The notes under the pieces were generated by a model. It made no database searches. It was not told where the DNA came from and saw nothing but the letters and a program-made list of their open reading frames with translations. This document shows positions 21,411 to 30,893 of a stretch of 64,000 nucleotides of DNA, one piece after another. Source of the stretch: Candidatus Dormiibacterota bacterium (lineage in GTDB: Bacteria; Chloroflexota; Dormibacteria; Aeolococcales; Aeolococcaceae); assembly GCA_963748505.1 (NCBI GenBank), contig CAVVJH010000010.1, forward strand, positions 24,765 to 88,764, in the 5' to 3' direction. Within the stretch, counting starts at the first letter, position 1; each line of letters begins with the position of its first letter. The position numbers and the translations under genes were made by a program.

Positions 21411-21538
21411 ACCTCTACCTCCGCTCCATGGCCGCGATTGCGGCCACCTCCGAGGTGCATCCTAGTCCGCTCGACAGGGAGTTGCAAGCGCGCCGTGCTG
21501 CAGCTCTGATCCGACGATCGGCGATGCGAGCTCGCTTG

Positions 21539-22576
21539 CTACAGCGCCGCGGGACTTGTGTCGATGACAGCGATCTCGCGCAGTGCAGCGATGTCCGCGC
21601 TCCGCGGGTCAGCTGAAAGCGTCACCGTGCCTGCGTCGATGCGCGTCATCAACCGCCAGGCATCGTCTATCGAAAGCTCGTCGAACGGATTACCGACAAG
21701 CTTCGCAAGCCCGCTGATCGGCGCCAGGTCATCGATCGGATAGTCACTGCCGGTCACCACCGTCACGCCCGCATCGAGCAACGCGCTCCACCGGTATGCG
21801 AGCGGCCAGCCATCGCCGAGACCTGCGTGCGCCTCTGCAGCGTCGTCGACGGCAAACCCCGGTTGGATACAGGCCACAACGCCGAGTTCGGCCATGCGTG
21901 CGACGAGGTCTGGACGCAGCAGTTGCGCGTGCTCGATGCGCGGCGCGTGGGTACGACATTCGGCGCCGAACACCCGCTCATACGCGTCCAGCACCGCCTC
22001 GATCGCGCGGTCGCCGATCGCATGCGTCGCGATCAACCATCCCGCCGATGCGAGTGGTTCGATGCGACGCGCGAGATGGTCGGCGGGCTCGAAGAGCAGG
22101 CCGTGATTCCCCGGTTCGTCGACGAAGTCGCGTGAGCAGGCGCACGTGCGCGGACCAAGCCATCCGTCCGCATAGAACTTGACGCCGACGACGTCAAGCC
22201 ACGCATCGCCTGTCCGGGCCGGCATGCCTCGTTCGGCCAGTCCAGCCGCCACCAGCACGCGGACACGAAGCGGCAAGGCACCGCGGTCACGCAACGCACG
22301 CAGCGAGTCCCAGTACGCCATGTGGCGCATTCCCGCCTCCCAGATCTCGACGAGACCGGTCGACGCCGCACGTTGCAGCGCTTCGCGCAACACGTGCTCC
22401 AGGTCGTTGGCCGCCGGCGGTTCGTCGGCATCGACGGGGCTGACGCCGCGTTCGGCACACAGCTGATGGAGCGCGCGAACCTCCTCGATCCCTCCCCAGT
22501 CTCGCCCGGCGAATGCTGCGGAACGCAGGAGATGCGCATGGTGATCCACAAACCCTGGCCCGGTCCACGCGGTCAC
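21539..22576 (-). CDS. Amidohydrolase_3-family metal hydrolase (short form)
   Basis: PGFVDHHAH, KFYADG, HAIGDRA, RIEHAQ, GSDYP. Confidence 0.88.
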   Translation of the reverse strand: MTAWTGPGFVDHHAHLLRSAAFAGRDWGGIEEVRALHQLCAERGVSPVDADEPPAANDLEHVLREALQRAASTGLVEIWEAGMRHMAYWDSLRALRDRGALPLRVRVLVAAGLAERGMPARTGDAWLDVVGVKFYADGWLGPRTCACSRDFVDEPGNHGLLFEPADHLARRIEPLASAGWLIATHAIGDRAIEAVLDAYERVFGAECRTHAPRIEHAQLLRPDLVARMAELGVVACIQPGFAVDDAAEAHAGLGDGWPLAYRWSALLDAGVTVVTGSDYPIDDLAPISGLAKLVGNPFDELSIDDAWRLMTRIDAGTVTLSADPRSADIAALREIAVIDTSPAAL

Positions 22577-22758
22577 CGGCGCTTACCGCTCCTCGCGCAC
22601 GCTGAGCACGGGTGCGAGGCGGGTAAACCGATCTGCGCGGGTTGTCGTCATACCGTTGATTGTGCGACGCAAAGCCGGGGACCCGGGAGTTCGCGGCGCG
22701 CACTTCGCTGAGTCGTGGATTGCTCCGTGCTGATCCGTCAGGGCGACAGAATACGCAG

Positions 22759-23610
22759 GTGATCCTGCACATCGCCTCCGGCGCCAGATGGCGGGCCGCG
22801 ATGAGCGGGGGTGTCTACGACTGCCGCACGGAGAGCGAGCCGTTCATCCATTGCTCGACCGGACGTCAGGTTCGTACGCCGTGGCGAAGTTTCTTCGCCG
22901 AGACCGCGGACGTCGTGATGCTGTTGATCGACGAGACCATGCTGGAAGCACCGGTTCGCTACGAGGCGGCGGCTGAAGGCGAGGACACGTTCCCGCACGT
23001 CTACGGCTCAATCCCGGTCGAAGCCGTCGTTGCAGCCGAGCCGATTTCGGCGGGGATGGCCACCGCGCTCTCGCTTCCCGCCCCGATGGCCCGGTTGATC
23101 GCCGCAGCTCGCGGCAACAGTGAGCCGGATATCGACGAGTGGCATCACCTGCACTACACCGTCTCCACCGATCAATCGCGCCTCGACAGAGACGCCCTCT
23201 ATCGCTATCTCTCGGGTGAGGCGTACTGGTCGAAGGGAATCCCACGCGATGTGCTCGAGCGCGCGCATGCGAACTCGCTGTGTTTCGGCCTGTACGCACC
23301 GGACGGTGAGCAAGCCGGCTTCTGTCGTGTGGTGACCGATCGCGCGACCTACGGCTACCTCGCGGATGTGTTCGTCGTGCCCGCGCATCGTGGGCGGGGA
23401 CTGGGCGTGTGGATCGTCCAGTGCGCCGTGGATCACCCTGAGCTGTGCGGTCTGCGATCCTGGCAACTCGGCACCCGGGACGCCCACGCGGTCTATGAGC
23501 GCTTCGGGTGGCGTGCCGCAGATCCGCGACGATGGATGGCGCGCACGGTGGCTCCCGCGGAGATCTACGGCACCACGTCGGACGCCGAGTTTTCGGCTCG
23601 TGAGGCTTGA
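22759..23610 (+). CDS. DUF952 domain fused to a GNAT acetyltransferase
   Basis: ILHI...FIHCS...FPHVYG.IP..AV (DUF952), then STD..RLD...YWSKG...RVVTD..TYGYLADVFV...RGRGLG. Confidence 0.85.
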   Translation: MILHIASGARWRAAMSGGVYDCRTESEPFIHCSTGRQVRTPWRSFFAETADVVMLLIDETMLEAPVRYEAAAEGEDTFPHVYGSIPVEAVVAAEPISAGMATALSLPAPMARLIAAARGNSEPDIDEWHHLHYTVSTDQSRLDRDALYRYLSGEAYWSKGIPRDVLERAHANSLCFGLYAPDGEQAGFCRVVTDRATYGYLADVFVVPAHRGRGLGVWIVQCAVDHPELCGLRSWQLGTRDAHAVYERFGWRAADPRRWMARTVAPAEIYGTTSDAEFSAREA

Positions 23611-23912
23611 CCCGTTCCCCTCCTTGCCCTGGCTCACCGCCATAATCGTCCCAATCGCCGCAAATTGATCCACGAGACCGGACTTCTTCGAGGTGGCTCG
23701 GGTTCTGTTCGCTTGACTGAGCTGTGCCCGAATGAGCACACTGCCCGCCACGCGCATGACGCGTTGGTGGCCGTAAGCACGTTCTAGGGGAGCGAGCACA
23801 GAGCGCCGGAGCGGCGGCGTTCTGATGCTGATTCAGTCGTCGGGTGCCGATTCCAGGCAGTCCGACGATCTCCGGCCCAGGCGGGCCGACAAACGGGCGT
23901 ACAGGGGGTTTC

Positions 23913-25116
23913 ATGAAGGCACAGAGATTCGCGTTGATATTGCTGGCCGCGGTACTGGGCGCCGCCAATATGGGGATGCACCCGGCAACGGCCGGAGCCA
24001 CAACGACCAACGCGCTGCAGCGGTTCTCGCCACTCTATATGGGCACCGGCGCAAAACCCAGTGAGGCGCAGGCGATCGCATTCGCGAAGAACTACGACAT
24101 CATCGCCGAACACGACCATGTGTTGACGCCCTTTCTAGCCGCGATGAAGGCGGTGAATCCTTCGCTGAAGGTCATCGCCTACATCAACGGCGCGTTCGAT
24201 CAGAGCAAGACCGGAAACCAGTACCCATCGTCGTGGTACGCCATCGGCACTGATCACAAGCGTGTCCAGTCCCAGAAGTTCGGGAACTGGCTGATGCTGC
24301 CAACGCCGCAATGGGCTGCGACGGTCGGGCAGCTCTGCGCGTCGGCGATCGCGTCGTCAAAGTACGACGGCTGTTTTCTCGACACGCTCGGCATTGCGCC
24401 GCTCTCGGCCGGGTATGTGACCAGCCCACCGGTCAACCCGGCGACCAAGGCGATCTTCACAAAGCAGACATGGGTCGCGGATCAGTCCAATACCATCACC
24501 GCAACGAAGACCGCCAATCCCGGCAGGCTGATCATGGCCAACGGCTTGCACGATGGGTCGTACTTCCAGTACACGCAACCCCTGCTGACCGCCGACGGCA
24601 CCGCGATGGCGGAGACGTGGCTGCGGGTTTCAACCCAACCGGAGAACAACTTCCCGTCACTCAACGTGTGGCAGCAGGACATCAGCATGCTGGTGACCGC
24701 CGGCTCGAAAGGCGAGGCGATCGGTGTCGTGACCAAGCTCTGGACGAACGCGACGTCCGCGCAGGTCACGCAGTGGCACATCTTCACGATTGCATCCTTC
24801 CTGATGGGCACCAACGGCCAGAGCATGTATTGCTTCACCACCACGCAGACCGTCGCCGGCATGACACTGGACTTGCCGCTGGATCACACCTTGATCGGCA
24901 TGCCCACCGGCGCGATGAGCTCGAAGAATGGTGCGTACGAGCGCAATTTCACCAACGGGATCGCCGTGGTGAATCCCGGCACCAAATCGGTGACCATCTC
25001 GCTCGGTGGGTCCTACCTCAATCTCGAGGGACACACGGTGAGTTCGGCGACTCTTCCCCGCGCACTCGGGCGACGTCTTCATCAAGTACGACGACGCCCC
25101 TCTGCCAGCGTCCTGA
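23913..25116 (+). CDS. Secreted putative glycoside hydrolase (GHL15-like TIM barrel); frameshift near the C-terminus
   Basis: Signal peptide; MKAVNPSLKV.AY; YDGCFLD; YERNFTNG.AVVNP. Confidence 0.65.
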
Positions 25117-25123
25117 CGATTGG

Positions 25124-26077
25124 CTAGAGCCAGCCGCGCCGCTTGAAGAAGACCAGCTGCGTGACGATGGAGATGGCCATCAGTCCGACGCCGAAGGCAA
25201 AGGCGAACGGGCTGCCGATACGCGCGACCAGCCAGCCGAAGTTCATGCCGAAGAATCCGGTGAGAAACGTCAGCGGCAGGAACAAACTCGCGACCACCGT
25301 CAATGCCTTCATGGTGACGTTGAGCCGGTTCGACACGGTGGACAGGTAGACGTCCATCGCGCCGGTCAGCAGGTCACGGAGCGAGTCGACGTTCTCATAC
25401 TGCCGGATGATGTGGTCGTAGACGTCGCGGTAGTACGCGGTGGTCTCGCGGTCCTGATCCACTGACAGCGTCACCATGCGCTGGAACACGTCGCGTTGTG
25501 CGCCGAGCACGCGTCGTATCTCAACCGCGTCGTGTTTCAAGTGCTGCAGCAACGCAAGCTGCTTCGTCGTCGCGTCAACGAGGATCTGGTCCTGCAGACG
25601 GTCCACTGCCTCGTCCAGCGACTCGAGCGCACCGAAGGTCGTATCCACCAGCGTGTCCATGACGAGGTAGGTGAGGAATGACGCCTTGCGACAGACACTT
25701 TCCGGCGACTCGGCAATGCGTTGATTGAGCTTCTCATAGGACGGCTCCGGTTGCAGATGGACCGTCACCAGGAAGCTCGGCGCTATGTAGAGATGATGCT
25801 CTCGAAAGGTCACATGGCTCTTCGCGAAACCAACCACGAAGACGACCGCGAACAGATAGCCGTCGTATTCGTCCAGCTTGGGACGCTGGTTCTGATGTTT
25901 GACGTCCTCGATCGTGAGCTGATGGAACTTGAATGTGTCGGTGAGGAGCCGGTAATCGTCGTCGTCCGGCGATTCGATGTCGAGCCAGAAGATGTCGTGC
26001 GGTGCGGCGACCAGTCGCTTCACCGTGGCGGCATCAACCTTGCTGTGATGACCCTCGGCAGTGAAGAGCGTTCGCAT
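25124..26077 (-). CDS. corA: CorA-family Mg2+/Co2+ transporter
   Basis: WLDI; HQLTIED..QRPKLDEY; NRLN.TMK.LT..PLTFLTGFFGMNF; KRRGWL. Confidence 0.93.
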   Translation of the reverse strand: MRTLFTAEGHHSKVDAATVKRLVAAPHDIFWLDIESPDDDDYRLLTDTFKFHQLTIEDVKHQNQRPKLDEYDGYLFAVVFVVGFAKSHVTFREHHLYIAPSFLVTVHLQPEPSYEKLNQRIAESPESVCRKASFLTYLVMDTLVDTTFGALESLDEAVDRLQDQILVDATTKQLALLQHLKHDAVEIRRVLGAQRDVFQRMVTLSVDQDRETTAYYRDVYDHIIRQYENVDSLRDLLTGAMDVYLSTVSNRLNVTMKALTVVASLFLPLTFLTGFFGMNFGWLVARIGSPFAFAFGVGLMAISIVTQLVFFKRRGWL

Positions 26078-26371
26078 GGCAGGGTGATCCTACTGCGGCC
26101 CACGCACCGACCCATGACGGTCGACGTGTCCTCGCCTTTGGACGACGGAGTCGGTCGGGGTCAGCCGGGCCACTCTTACGGCCCGGCGACCCCTTCCGTG
26201 CCTCACCAGGTCTGAGTTACCAGTAGTACCAGCGCCTACCGCTCGGTCGCATCGCGAACCCGATCAGCCACACGACCAATGCGATGATCGCGATCCACCA
26301 CAGGACGTGGAGGGCCAGGCCAAGAGCAAACAGCAGTGCGACTACGAGGAGAAACGCGAGCAGTACGCCCA

Positions 26372-26665
26372 TCAGCGTTTCTTCCCATTGGCCATGAGCT
26401 GTCGCCAGCCCCGGGCTTCGATCTCGACGCCGAAGCGCTTGGCGGCCGTACGGATCCTGCGCCAGGCCTTGTCACGTTCCGCATCGCTGACGCCTTCGAC
26501 CTGGTCGAAGCGGGCGATGGCATTGCGGACATGCGAAGCATCTGTGAGCGGTTCCTTTCGCTCGGCCGGGAACGCGAACCGCTCGGCAGAGAGCCGATTA
26601 CGCTGCTTTGTCCCAAGATCGTGGGAGCGCCCCGACGTCTTATGGGCTGCCTGAGTGGCCATCAT
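26372..26665 (-). CDS. DUF6582-like small protein
   Basis: FAFP..RKEPLTDASHVRNAIARFDQVEGVSDAERD.AW.RI..AA. Confidence 0.8.
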   Translation of the reverse strand: MMATQAAHKTSGRSHDLGTKQRNRLSAERFAFPAERKEPLTDASHVRNAIARFDQVEGVSDAERDKAWRRIRTAAKRFGVEIEARGWRQLMANGKKR

Positions 26666-26720
26666 CTGACCTCCTACGTTGAGCGTCTGGTCCCGATATG
26701 CGGTCGATATGCTGATAGTG

Positions 26721-26730
26721 AGACTATAAT
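26721..26730. promoter_or_regulatory. Candidate -10 box(es) in a divergent intergenic region
   Basis: TATAAT at 26725-26730 on +, with an overlapping TATAGT on -. Confidence 0.4.
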
Positions 26731-26808
26731 GCAACATGATGGGGTCAGGTACTACTCAGCGCAAGTCGTCAGCGGTGCTGGACCAAGACGGCATCGGGAG
26801 GTTCGGTC

Positions 26809-27078
26809 GTGAGCAATATTGACGCCGGGGCATTCGAGGATCTCTCCGACGCGGAGCCGGGCACGCCCGAGCAACGCGCGCATTGGGTAGACCTCTACCA
26901 GCGGCTCATCGAGATGATGGAACGCCAGTTGAACGAGACCCAGTCGTTTGCCGAGGCCGCGCCCGAACCCCTGCGCCAGTATCTGGCTCGCGAGAACATC
27001 GCGATCCTCACTGAGGAGATTCAGGCATTCAGAGAGCGCCTGGCGCACTGGCGCCATTCCGGAGTGGCAGAGGCGTGA
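26809..27078 (+). CDS. Small helical hypothetical protein (paralog 1)
   Basis: GGGAGG RBS; HWVDLYQRL...FRERLAHWR. Confidence 0.7.
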   Translation: MSNIDAGAFEDLSDAEPGTPEQRAHWVDLYQRLIEMMERQLNETQSFAEAAPEPLRQYLARENIAILTEEIQAFRERLAHWRHSGVAEA

Positions 27079-27413
27079 GCCCCGACGGGAGCGACCGGGA
27101 TACTTCCACGGAACAGGCGGCACTCGATGAGGTCGAACCCAACCGGCTCCTGGCCGGCGAGGACGAGTCGACCCAGCACCTGGACGACGCGCTCCACTGG
27201 ATCAAGGTCTACGCGGAGTTGCTCGATTTCAAGCGCAAGGTCCTGAACACGACCGAGGACAGCCTCGAGACGATGGATCCGGACGCCAGTCAGGAGGTCA
27301 CTGATACCGACCTGATTGCATTGAATGCCGAGGCCCTTCGGTTCGATCGCCGCCTCGCGTACTGGCGACGGCGAGCGGCGGCGATGAGGGCACGCGACGA
27401 GGAGCAGCAATAA
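27075..27413 (+). CDS. Small helical hypothetical protein (paralog 2)
   Basis: GTGA overlap with paralog 1; LLAGEDES..LDDALHWIKVYAELL...FDRRLAYWR. Confidence 0.75.
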   Translation: MSPDGSDRDTSTEQAALDEVEPNRLLAGEDESTQHLDDALHWIKVYAELLDFKRKVLNTTEDSLETMDPDASQEVTDTDLIALNAEALRFDRRLAYWRRRAAAMRARDEEQQ

Positions 27414-27476
27414 CACTGCTCCGGCACGCGGCTCGCTCCGTTGGTCGCCGCGTGACCGACGCGCAGCCGCGCGGGA

Positions 27477-28088
27477 TCAGTCCTGCTGCAGGCCGTTCCA
27501 GCTGAGCAGCGCGGTCCAGTCGTGCTCGTAGCCGAGGGTTGAGGGCGCCGCGGTCGCGAGTTGCAGATGTTGTGCGGCCGCCGCGGCGAATCCCAGCCAC
27601 CGAGCGGTGAGAATGCGCAGCAGGTGTCCGTGGGCGAAGAGCAGGACATCACCGTCGACGGCGCGACAGCGAGCGATGACACGCTCCACGCGCACGGCGA
27701 CCTGGTCGATCGTCTCGCCCCCGATCACCCCATCCCGGAAGAGCGACCACCCCGGACGCTCGGTCTGGATCTCCTCGCTGGTGAGTCCTTCGTAGGCGCC
27801 GTAGTCCCACTCGACCAGGTCGGGATCGACCACTGCGACATCGTCATAGCCGGCGAGCGTGCAGGTCTGCCGCGCGCGCTGCAGCGGACTTACGAACACT
27901 GCGGCAAAGGTGAGGCCGGCAAGCTTCGCCACCAGCCCCCGCGCTTCATCCTCCCCTTTCGCATCCAGCGGAATATCACTCCGCCCCGTGTGGCGCCTGA
28001 CCTTGCTCCACTCGGTCTCACCGTGGCGCACGATGAATATTCGTTGTGTGGGCTCAGGTTTGCCGCCGTCGCCGGCCTCAGTGCTCAT
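27477..28088 (-). CDS. Histidine phosphatase family protein
   Basis: VRHGETEW...HTG; SPLQRA; EWDYG; FAHGH. Confidence 0.92.
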   Translation of the reverse strand: MSTEAGDGGKPEPTQRIFIVRHGETEWSKVRRHTGRSDIPLDAKGEDEARGLVAKLAGLTFAAVFVSPLQRARQTCTLAGYDDVAVVDPDLVEWDYGAYEGLTSEEIQTERPGWSLFRDGVIGGETIDQVAVRVERVIARCRAVDGDVLLFAHGHLLRILTARWLGFAAAAAQHLQLATAAPSTLGYEHDWTALLSWNGLQQD

Positions 28089-28935
28089 TCGAATCCTCTG
28101 TCGTACCCGCGGTTGCGTCGGGCTTGGTGCCCGTTACCTCCCAGAGCCGTTCGGCAACTGCCGCAGACACCACATCCGGATCCTGCGCGCGTTGATCCAC
28201 CCAGAATCGGCACCTGAGCAGCGGTGCCTCGCCGTCGAGCACCGGCTCGAATGACAGCGGGGGCTTGTCCTCAATCCCCGCGATATCCTTGAGCGCTTCG
28301 CGCGCGCGGCGCATCTCCTCGGCAATGTCGGCGCCGACCGGCAGGCGCACGCTGACGCTGAATCGACGCGTGTCGTAGTGCGTCGCGTTGATGACCACCC
28401 CGGTGAAGACGGTGAGATTCGGCAGGATCGCCAGCTCGCCGACGCCGGTGCGCAGCGTCGTCGTGCGGAGCGTGATGTTCTGCACGGAACCGGTCTGATC
28501 CGCAACCGTGATGGTGTCCCCGAGCCGGAAGGGTTGCTCGAGCAACAGCCAGATCCCGGCGAGCACGTTGCGGAGGAGATCCTGAAAGGCGAGTCCAACC
28601 GCGACCGTACCGACACCTGCGGCAGTGAGGATGACCGCGACGTTGACGCCGTAGACGACCAGCGCAGCAATGACTGCGACGACATAGGTCGCCACCGTGA
28701 TCAGGTTGCGGACGAGCGTCCGGACCTGACGGTCCGCTTTGCCGCGACGCATGGCCCAGAGCACGAGCATCCTCGTCAGCCGGCCGAGGATGTAGATCGC
28801 GATGAAGATGGCGATCGCGCTGAGCAGGTGCTGGACGAAGGGCCCGATCAGCCCGCTCTGGTCATTCGTCTGGATCGCATTGCAGACAAATGCGAACCAG
28901 TTGCTGGTGTCGCAGCTGCTAACGGCGGTGATCAC
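28078..28935 (-). CDS. MscS-family mechanosensitive channel
   Basis: AVGLAFQD.L.N..AG...PFRLGD.I...G.V..ITLR.T....IPN. Confidence 0.9.
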   Translation of the reverse strand: MITAVSSCDTSNWFAFVCNAIQTNDQSGLIGPFVQHLLSAIAIFIAIYILGRLTRMLVLWAMRRGKADRQVRTLVRNLITVATYVVAVIAALVVYGVNVAVILTAAGVGTVAVGLAFQDLLRNVLAGIWLLLEQPFRLGDTITVADQTGSVQNITLRTTTLRTGVGELAILPNLTVFTGVVINATHYDTRRFSVSVRLPVGADIAEEMRRAREALKDIAGIEDKPPLSFEPVLDGEAPLLRCRFWVDQRAQDPDVVSAAVAERLWEVTGTKPDATAGTTEDSNEH

Positions 28936-28992
28936 TGTCGCGCCCCGCGTGTGTCAGCGCACACGAGCGTCGGAACCCGGGTCGCTGCCGCG

Positions 28993-29655
28993 CTAGGAGG
29001 ACGACTCGCTGTCGTCGGCGCCGGCCTCGCCACCCTCGGCCTCACCTTCGACAGGAGCGGCCTCGGCATCTTCAGCCTCAGCGGCGACGCGGACCTGGGC
29101 GACTTTGAGGACGAGCTCATCCGGATCAACACCGGTCGCGAGTGTGACGCGATCGGGCAGGGGCACCTCGCCAAGGCGGATGCCCTGGTCGATCTCGACC
29201 AGCCCGGAGATGTCGACATTGAGCTGCGCCGGGATGTCGCCCGGCATGCATTCGACCTTGACCTGCGTGATGATCTGCTGCAGCACGCCCAGCTTGAGCT
29301 CGGTCACCGCCGGGGATTCTCCGATCGGAATCAACGGAATCTCGACCGTCAGCTTCTCGCGGAGGTTGACCGCGAAGAGGTCGACATGCATCAGCTCCGC
29401 GTTCCGCGGATTGATCTGCAACTCGCGAATCAAGACCTTGCGCGAGCGCCCGCCGTCGAGCGCCAGATCGACCAGGTGGCTGTGGCCCGCGTTGTGCCAG
29501 ACCTTGCGCAGGCTCCGGGCATCGATGGCGAGCACCTGCGGATCGACGTTATGCCCGTACAGGACGGCCGGAACCTCGCCACGACGCCGAACGGCGTGCA
29601 CATGCCGGCCGGTCTCGGACCTGACGGACGCGCTGAGTTGGAGGGAATCGACCAT
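28993..29655 (-). CDS. rplY: 50S ribosomal protein L25/Ctc
   Basis: RRRGEVPAVLYG; ELQINP..LMHVDL; IPL..IGES; P..IP....VDIS.L; acidic tail. Confidence 0.93.
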   Translation of the reverse strand: MVDSLQLSASVRSETGRHVHAVRRRGEVPAVLYGHNVDPQVLAIDARSLRKVWHNAGHSHLVDLALDGGRSRKVLIRELQINPRNAELMHVDLFAVNLREKLTVEIPLIPIGESPAVTELKLGVLQQIITQVKVECMPGDIPAQLNVDISGLVEIDQGIRLGEVPLPDRVTLATGVDPDELVLKVAQVRVAAEAEDAEAAPVEGEAEGGEAGADDSESSS

Positions 29656-29664
29656 GACTGGTGG

Positions 29665-30375
29665 CTACTCTACCGGCTCGGCCGCCCCCGCCGAATTGAC
29701 CGCTGCCGCAATCGCCTCCAGCGCAGCGTCCACACAGGCATCGCCACGCGCGGGCTTGGCCTCGGGATCCGGGCCCGTGCCTGCTTCGGGCCATGCCGCG
29801 CATGCCGCTGCGAGCAGCCGGCGCGCCGCCACTGCGCTGCCGTCGGGAAGCACGAAATATGGCCAGGCGATGTCGGAGATGTCCTCGCCGTCGCCGGGCG
29901 ATCCCAGGATCGCGAGCGAGCGCTCGAGCGCCGATCGGCGGACATCAGACGCACCGGCCGTCAACTCGGCGTTCACGGCAGCAGCGAGGCGATCCCCGGT
30001 GGCGGTGAGATCGGTCTGCCGCGGCCGCGGCGCTCCCGTCTCCTCCGATCCGTGCAGCATGTAGATCCCACCGTTCCAGACGGCGCTCCAGGTCTCATCA
30101 CCGTCGCGACGGATCACCCGGCACACCTCGGCGCCGCCGCTGACGTCCAGCCACGCTTCCCGCGAGCCGCGCTCGGCGAGGAATGCGAGCCAGAGGTCCA
30201 GGCTGTCGCCGATCGGCTCGAACGCCTGCCCATCCACCCAGATATAGGACATCTTGCGGAAGGCCGCGAACGCCGGGTGGGGCGGGACCAGCTTCGCTCT
30301 GGCGTCTGCCGGGTCCGCGACCAATCGCCCAGCACGGGCAGCGGCGACGGCAAGACAGAGCAGCGCCGGAGTCAG
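29665..30375 (-). CDS. Hypothetical protein; start uncertain (30252 or ~30375)
   Basis: Globular 3' part of ORF 29665..31914, between the B12-binding gene and rplY in the same orientation. Confidence 0.55.
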   Translation of the reverse strand: MTPALLCLAVAAARAGRLVADPADARAKLVPPHPAFAAFRKMSYIWVDGQAFEPIGDSLDLWLAFLAERGSREAWLDVSGGAEVCRVIRRDGDETWSAVWNGGIYMLHGSEETGAPRPRQTDLTATGDRLAAAVNAELTAGASDVRRSALERSLAILGSPGDGEDISDIAWPYFVLPDGSAVAARRLLAAACAAWPEAGTGPDPEAKPARGDACVDAALEAIAAAVNSAGAAEPVE

Positions 30376-30809
30376 GCTGCGGCCCCCGTGCCGAAGCGCT
30401 CTTTGACATAGGAGACGGCCTCGTCGAGCGACGTGCCCGGCGTGAACACCTTGTCCACGCCAATCTTCTCGAGCGCTGTCACATCCGAATCCGGGATGAT
30501 CCCGCCCCCGAAAACGACGATGTCCCCTGCATCGCGCTCCTTGAGCAGCCGGATGATCTCCGGAAAGAGCGTCATGTGGGCGCCGCTGAGCAGGCTGATT
30601 CCGATGCCGTCGACGTCCTCCTGGATCGCCGCCTCGACCACCATCGCCGGGGTCTGATGGAGGCCTGTGTAGATCACCTCGACGCCGGCGTCGCGAAGCG
30701 CGCGCGAGATCACCTTCACCCCGCGGTCGTGCCCGTCGAGGCCGACCTTGGCAGTGAGGATTCGGATCTTGCGCCCGGTTGCCGGAGCGGCGGTGGCATC
30801 CATGACCAA
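30372..30809 (-). CDS. Stand-alone cobalamin-binding domain (acyl-CoA mutase small subunit type)
   Basis: KVGLDGHDRG.KV...LRDAG.EVIY.G; S.LSGAH; FGGG.IP. Confidence 0.93.
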   Translation of the reverse strand: MVMDATAAPATGRKIRILTAKVGLDGHDRGVKVISRALRDAGVEVIYTGLHQTPAMVVEAAIQEDVDGIGISLLSGAHMTLFPEIIRLLKERDAGDIVVFGGGIIPDSDVTALEKIGVDKVFTPGTSLDEAVSYVKERFGTGAAA

Positions 30810-30893
30810 TTGATGTTAGAGCTTGAACCTCCCGTAGACTGCTGCCGTGCACAACCCGGCCGGTCGCGGGGTTCCTGGACGGAGCCCCTGGGC

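Noticed and set aside
7408-26755. GGTACTAC 8-mer in three intergenic regions (7408, 26223 on -, 26748)
   Set aside because: Roughly one copy is expected by chance and the distances to start codons are inconsistent; too weak to call.
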